Shown here piece after piece: positions 60,301 through 64,000 of a DNA stretch of 64,000 bases. Positions within the stretch are counted from its first letter, which is position 1. Each line of letters begins with the position of its first letter. Made by a program: the position numbers and the translations under genes. The notes beneath the pieces are model-generated. The model was not told the DNA's origin and made no database searches. It saw nothing but the letters and a program-made list of their open reading frames with translations. This DNA comes from Candidatus Scatovivens sp. (lineage in GTDB: Bacteria > Bacillota > Clostridia > TANB77 > CAG-508): positions 1-64,000 of the forward strand of contig JAZRKN010000009.1 in the NCBI GenBank assembly GCA_045646345.1, given 5' to 3'.

Positions 60301-61772
60301 AAACTTTCCTTGGATTTAATGGAGATAAAGAACCTGATATCGACTTAAACTTCTCAGGAGAATATCAAGCAAAAGCACATAAATATACTGAAGTTATATT
60401 CGGAAAAGGTACTACTTATAAAGCTGGAACAGTTGGTACTGTTGCTGATAAAACTGCCTTTGGATATGCAAAAAATTATTTTGAAGAAAGAAATATAATA
60501 AAACCAAATGCTGAGGTTGCAAGAGTTTCTGCAGGTTGTGTTGGAGTAAAAAGAACTACTGGACAACACCCGGGAGGAATCATAGTTGTACCTAAAGGAA
60601 GAGAAATTTTTGAGTTTACTCCTGTACAACACCCAGCAGATGATGCAGGTTCTGATATCGTAACAACTCATTTTGATTATCACTCAATAGATGCAAATTT
60701 ATTGAAGCTTGATATTCTGGGTCATGACGATCCGACAGTTATTCGTATGCTTCAAGATTTGAGTGGAATAGCGCCAACTCAAATTCCACTGGATGATAAA
60801 GAAACAATGTCTATATTTAATTCTACAGATGCTCTTGGAGTGACTCCAGAACAAATAGGTTCAGAAGTAGGAACTTTTGGGATACCAGAATATGGTACAA
60901 AATTTGCTCGAGGGATGCTTGTGGACACTCGTCCAACAACATTTGATGAATTAATTCGTTTGTCTGGTTTATCACATGGTACAGACGTATGGCTTGGAAA
61001 TGCTCAAAGTTTAATTGAAGAAGGAGTGGTTACTCTTAAAGAAGCAATATGCTGTCGTGATGATATTATGGTTTATTTAATGAAAAGAGGATTACCACCA
61101 GATAAAGCATTTAAGATAATGGAAACAGTTCGTAAAGGAAAAGCTTTAAAAGATCCTGAAAAATGGGAAGGATTTAAAGCGGTTATGAAAGAGTTTGATA
61201 TACCAGAATGGTATGTAAAATCTTGTGAGAAAATAAAATACATGTTCCCTAAAGCCCATGCTGCAGCTTATGTAACAAATGCGTTTAGAATTGCTTGGTT
61301 TAAAGTACATATGCCACTTGCTTATTATGCTGCATATTTTACTATTAGAGCAAAAGCATTTGATGCTGAATTTATGATAAATGGAAAAAGAATTGTAGAA
61401 GATAAAATGAAAGAAATTACTGCACTTGGAAACAATGCTGCACCAAAAGATAAAGACATGTATGATGACTTAGAACTTGTGCATGAAATGTATGAAAGAG
61501 GATTAGAATTTTTACCAGTAGATTTATATAAATCGCATAGTACCAAATTCTTAATCGAAGATGGAAAACTTCGTCCACCTCTAAATTCAATTGCTGGTCT
61601 TGGAAATGTTGCTGCTGAAAGTATTTATGCGGCAAGATGTGAAGAACCATTCGAATGTATTGAAGACTTACAAGCGCGTTCTAAGATAGGAAAATCAATT
61701 ACTGAACTTTTAGAAAAGTTTGGTTGCTTAAAAGGAATGACTAAATCAAATCAAATGAGCTTATTTGTGTAA
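57345..61772 (+). CDS. polC: DNA polymerase III PolC-type alpha subunit
   Basis: ELHMHTQMS PHP, FDLETTG exonuclease, GSRGSVGSS, PDIDLNFSG, KYMFPKAHA. Confidence 0.98.
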   Translation: MPKYIKEVFNDYVIDNNLIEAEIENINLYKKTNKLQIKLASSKVITLQNIESFEEYLVKTFKVNKASIDINYNDVVIDQNISENWNNIIKYIAKKEPFSKAILTNSKIEIQDSDVVKVKLAMKGASFLVAQKFDKGLEHLFSNLYNKQYVVEFIEDVSENFEKELIERRKQEEKEALMELERQALIEVEQAKERKKQEKEAEKERKREEDEKLKETLRQQNPELAAKIEAHQNKDPEVKDEASPLILGRSMMIRTELVKIENIPMTEDADIRVCVDGEILDGSIDSRDIKDEKTILMFNLFDGTSTIGCKAFLPKDKLKEVKGRISSAKGLRIEGQARYSPYSKEVEIMANTILESTGFKKEKRMDNSEQKRVELHMHTQMSQMDAITPCSDLIKRAISWGWNSIAITDHGVVQSFPDAHKLLGKVGDVIKVIYGVEAYFCPDKDPAVINSKGQEIDTEYCVFDLETTGLSHITEKITEIGIIKIKNGEVIDTFETFVNPEKPIPQEVVEVTHITDDMVKDAETIDKIMPKVLEFMKGSVLVAHNADFDIGFMKYNCEQLGLPFNFTHIDTLRLAKAIFPEFTRYKLGFIADKLGIKVEVAHRALDDVKTLVQVFNEMILKAKDRDAKTIDDFDNVFETDFRKLPAYHMIILAKDYVGLKNLYKLVSYSHLDYFYKKPRILKSMLNQYREGLIIGSACEAGELYRAIVSGKSDEDLEEIASYYDYLEIQPLANNEYMIREGQVESWDTLRNFNKKIVELGEKMNKPVVATCDVHFMDPQDEVYRRILQAGQKYDDADNQAPLYLRTTEEMLEEFSYLGEEKAFEVVVTNTNKVADMCERIRPISPEKCPPHIPGCEEDIKRITFEKAHELYGDPLPEIIQTRLDKELNSIINNGYSVMYIIAQKLVWKSNEDGYIVGSRGSVGSSLVAFMTGITEVNSLQPHYRCPKCKYSDFTDYGIGNGYDLPDKDCPVCGEKLAKDGMDIPFETFLGFNGDKEPDIDLNFSGEYQAKAHKYTEVIFGKGTTYKAGTVGTVADKTAFGYAKNYFEERNIIKPNAEVARVSAGCVGVKRTTGQHPGGIIVVPKGREIFEFTPVQHPADDAGSDIVTTHFDYHSIDANLLKLDILGHDDPTVIRMLQDLSGIAPTQIPLDDKETMSIFNSTDALGVTPEQIGSEVGTFGIPEYGTKFARGMLVDTRPTTFDELIRLSGLSHGTDVWLGNAQSLIEEGVVTLKEAICCRDDIMVYLMKRGLPPDKAFKIMETVRKGKALKDPEKWEGFKAVMKEFDIPEWYVKSCEKIKYMFPKAHAAAYVTNAFRIAWFKVHMPLAYYAAYFTIRAKAFDAEFMINGKRIVEDKMKEITALGNNAAPKDKDMYDDLELVHEMYERGLEFLPVDLYKSHSTKFLIEDGKLRPPLNSIAGLGNVAAESIYAARCEEPFECIEDLQARSKIGKSITELLEKFGCLKGMTKSNQMSLFV

Positions 61773-61807
61773 TAGGCTCATTTGATTACAAATGAAAGGA
61801 AGAAAAA

Positions 61808-62101
61808 ATGAAAGCATTACTTGGATTAATTAATTGGAAATATGTTTTAATTTATTTACTTGCTATAAATGTTATTGGTTTTCTTGCAATGGGAATCGAT
61901 AAATTAAAGGCAAAAAAAGATTGGTGGAGAATTCCAGAAGGCACTTTAATGACAATATGTTTATTGGGTGGAGGAATTGGAACAATTGCTGGTATATATA
62001 CATTTAGACATAAAACAAAAAAATTAAAATTTACAGTAGGAATGCCAACAATTTTGATTTCTGAAATTGCTTTAGTGATATATTTGTTTATAAAATATTA
62101 A
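61808..62101 (+). CDS. DUF1294 membrane protein
   Basis: DK.KA....WRIPE..L, GG..G, FRHKTKK.KF. Confidence 0.92.
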   Translation: MKALLGLINWKYVLIYLLAINVIGFLAMGIDKLKAKKDWWRIPEGTLMTICLLGGGIGTIAGIYTFRHKTKKLKFTVGMPTILISEIALVIYLFIKY

Positions 62102-62234
62102 TACAAAAAATATTGTATTATATTATAAAAAACAGAAGAGGAATATTACATATTTTATACAAATACAGTAAGTATCTTGATTTTTAAACTAGTTGAGATA
62201 TAATTTTGTTGTAAAATATATTAGGATGTAGAAT

Positions 62235-64000
62235 ATGAAAAAATTAGTTAGTTTAACATATCCGCAAAAATCAATACTACTTACAGAGAAGTTTTACAAA
62301 AATGCTTCTATGAATAATATTTGTGGGACAGCAATTATCGATTCTGTTCTTGATTTTGATGCGTTAAAACAAGCAATAAAAGTTGTAATAAAGGAAAATG
62401 ATGTATTCCATATTCACTTATCTCAAAAGAAAAATGAAGTAAAACAATTTATATCATATAATGAAATTACTGATATAGAAATAATAGATATAAAAGATGA
62501 ATCAGAAGTATACTTAATAGAAGATGCATTGATGGCAAAACAATTTAATTTATATGAATCTGATTTATTTGAGTTTAAAATTTTTAGATTTGAAAATGGT
62601 GCTGGAGGTTTTTTATTAAACATTCATCACATTATTTCTGATGGTTGGACATTAGGTTTAACTTGTAGAAAAATTATGAAAGCATATTCAAATATTAAAA
62701 ATAATGAAAACGGAGAAGAAGAGACTTTTTCGTATATTGATTATGCAAAAAATGAAGAAGAATATTTTAATAGTTTAAAATTTCAAAAAGATAAAGAATA
62801 CTGGAATGAATTATTTTCAGAAAATATAAATCCAGCAATTTTACCTTCAGATAGTTCTGAGAAAAATACAGAATTTTCATGTTTAGGAGAAAGAATGACT
62901 TTCTCTATTCCAAAAGCCAAAATGAAAATAATTAATGAATATTGTAGTAAAAATAAATTGACTGTATTCAATTTTCTTATGGCAATTTATTCAGTTTATA
63001 TTTCAAAAATTATTGGTTCAGATGATTTTAGTATTGGAACACCAATATTAAATAGAACAAATTTTAAAGAGAAAAATATAATTGGTATGTTTGTAAATGT
63101 TGTTCCTTTTAAAGTAAAGGTAGAACAATCTGCAGACTTTATTAGTTTTGCAAGTAATCTTTCAAAAGATACTGTTTCATTATTAAGACATCAAAAATAT
63201 CCATATCAAATGTTATTAGAAGATTTGAGAAAAAAAGACTCTTCAATTCCAAATCTTTATAACGTTGTTTTGTCATATCAATTAACAAAAGCTAACAATG
63301 AAACTGAATACAAATATTCAACTAGATGGGCATTCAATAAGAATGTAACTGACGATATGACTATTCAATTTTTGGATTTAGATGAACAAGGAATATTAAC
63401 TGTTTGTTATGATTTTAAAAAATTAAAATATTCAAATGAATATGTGAAAAATATGCATTCTAGAATTTTAGAAATGATTAATAAAGTCTTAGAAACAGAA
63501 AATATATGTGTAAAAGATATAGAAATCATTACTAAAAATGAAAGAGAAAAACTTTTAGTTGATTTTAATAATACTGAAGTTAAATATGATAAAAATAAGA
63601 ATGTAATAAAAACATTTAAAGAAATGGTAAAAAAATACCCAGAGAAAATTGCTATAAGCTTTGAAAATAGACAAATGACTTATAAAGAATTGAATCAAAA
63701 ATCAAATATTTTAGCTAATAGTTTAATTAAAGAAGGAGCAAAAGCAAAAGATATAATTGCTATTTGTGTAAATCGTTCTTTGGAATTAGCTATTGGTCTT
63801 TTAGCAATATTAAAAGTTGGAGCAGCATATTTACCAATAGATCCAGAATATCCAGAAGATAGAATTGAGTATATGTTAACAGATAGTAATGCTAAAATGA
63901 TACTTTCAAATAAGAGAACTCAAAGTGCAATAAATGAAAAAATAAAAATAAAAAGAATTGATATTGGATTAGAATCTACTGTTTACAATAGAGAAAATAT
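62235..64000 (+). CDS. Non-ribosomal peptide synthetase, starter C domain + start of A domain (runs off window)
   Basis: Open frame from ATG 62235: LTYPQKSI, HHIISDGW, IGTPILNR, IGMFVN, HQKYPY, MTYKELN, LKVGAAYLPIDPEYPEDR. Confidence 0.93.
   Translation, partial: MKKLVSLTYPQKSILLTEKFYKNASMNNICGTAIIDSVLDFDALKQAIKVVIKENDVFHIHLSQKKNEVKQFISYNEITDIEIIDIKDESEVYLIEDALMAKQFNLYESDLFEFKIFRFENGAGGFLLNIHHIISDGWTLGLTCRKIMKAYSNIKNNENGEEETFSYIDYAKNEEEYFNSLKFQKDKEYWNELFSENINPAILPSDSSEKNTEFSCLGERMTFSIPKAKMKIINEYCSKNKLTVFNFLMAIYSVYISKIIGSDDFSIGTPILNRTNFKEKNIIGMFVNVVPFKVKVEQSADFISFASNLSKDTVSLLRHQKYPYQMLLEDLRKKDSSIPNLYNVVLSYQLTKANNETEYKYSTRWAFNKNVTDDMTIQFLDLDEQGILTVCYDFKKLKYSNEYVKNMHSRILEMINKVLETENICVKDIEIITKNEREKLLVDFNNTEVKYDKNKNVIKTFKEMVKKYPEKIAISFENRQMTYKELNQKSNILANSLIKEGAKAKDIIAICVNRSLELAIGLLAILKVGAAYLPIDPEYPEDRIEYMLTDSNAKMILSNKRTQSAINEKIKIKRIDIGLESTVYNREN

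Overview
AT-rich chromosomal segment from a spore-forming Clostridia-like bacterium (inferred from spoIIIAA-AH, polC, a T-box and sigma-A promoters). Housekeeping content: Ile T-box-prdX-like-ileS, mreB/mbl, mtaB, gap-pgk-tpiA-gpmI, spoIIIA operon, fucO, greA, pyrH-frr-uppS-cdsA-rseP-polC (dxr and ispG absent). Accessory content: the 3' end of a MucBP-like repeat surface protein; a visibly GC-richer island (about 7.2-11.2 kb) with an atypical ABC exporter and two tandem paralogues sharing promoter and 3' RNA motifs; a small-gene/structured-RNA region at 3.2-4.3 kb; a seven-gene cluster with two SipW-type peptidases and TasA-like subunits; an alpha-2-macroglobulin with an intact CxEQ thioester and about 8 transmembrane helices inserted at the bait position; a +1-frameshifted DUF4363 gene broken at CGG-TGA; and the start of an NRPS. 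No rRNA, tRNA, CRISPR array, transposase or integrase was recognised. All family calls come from motif recognition by eye, not from database searches.
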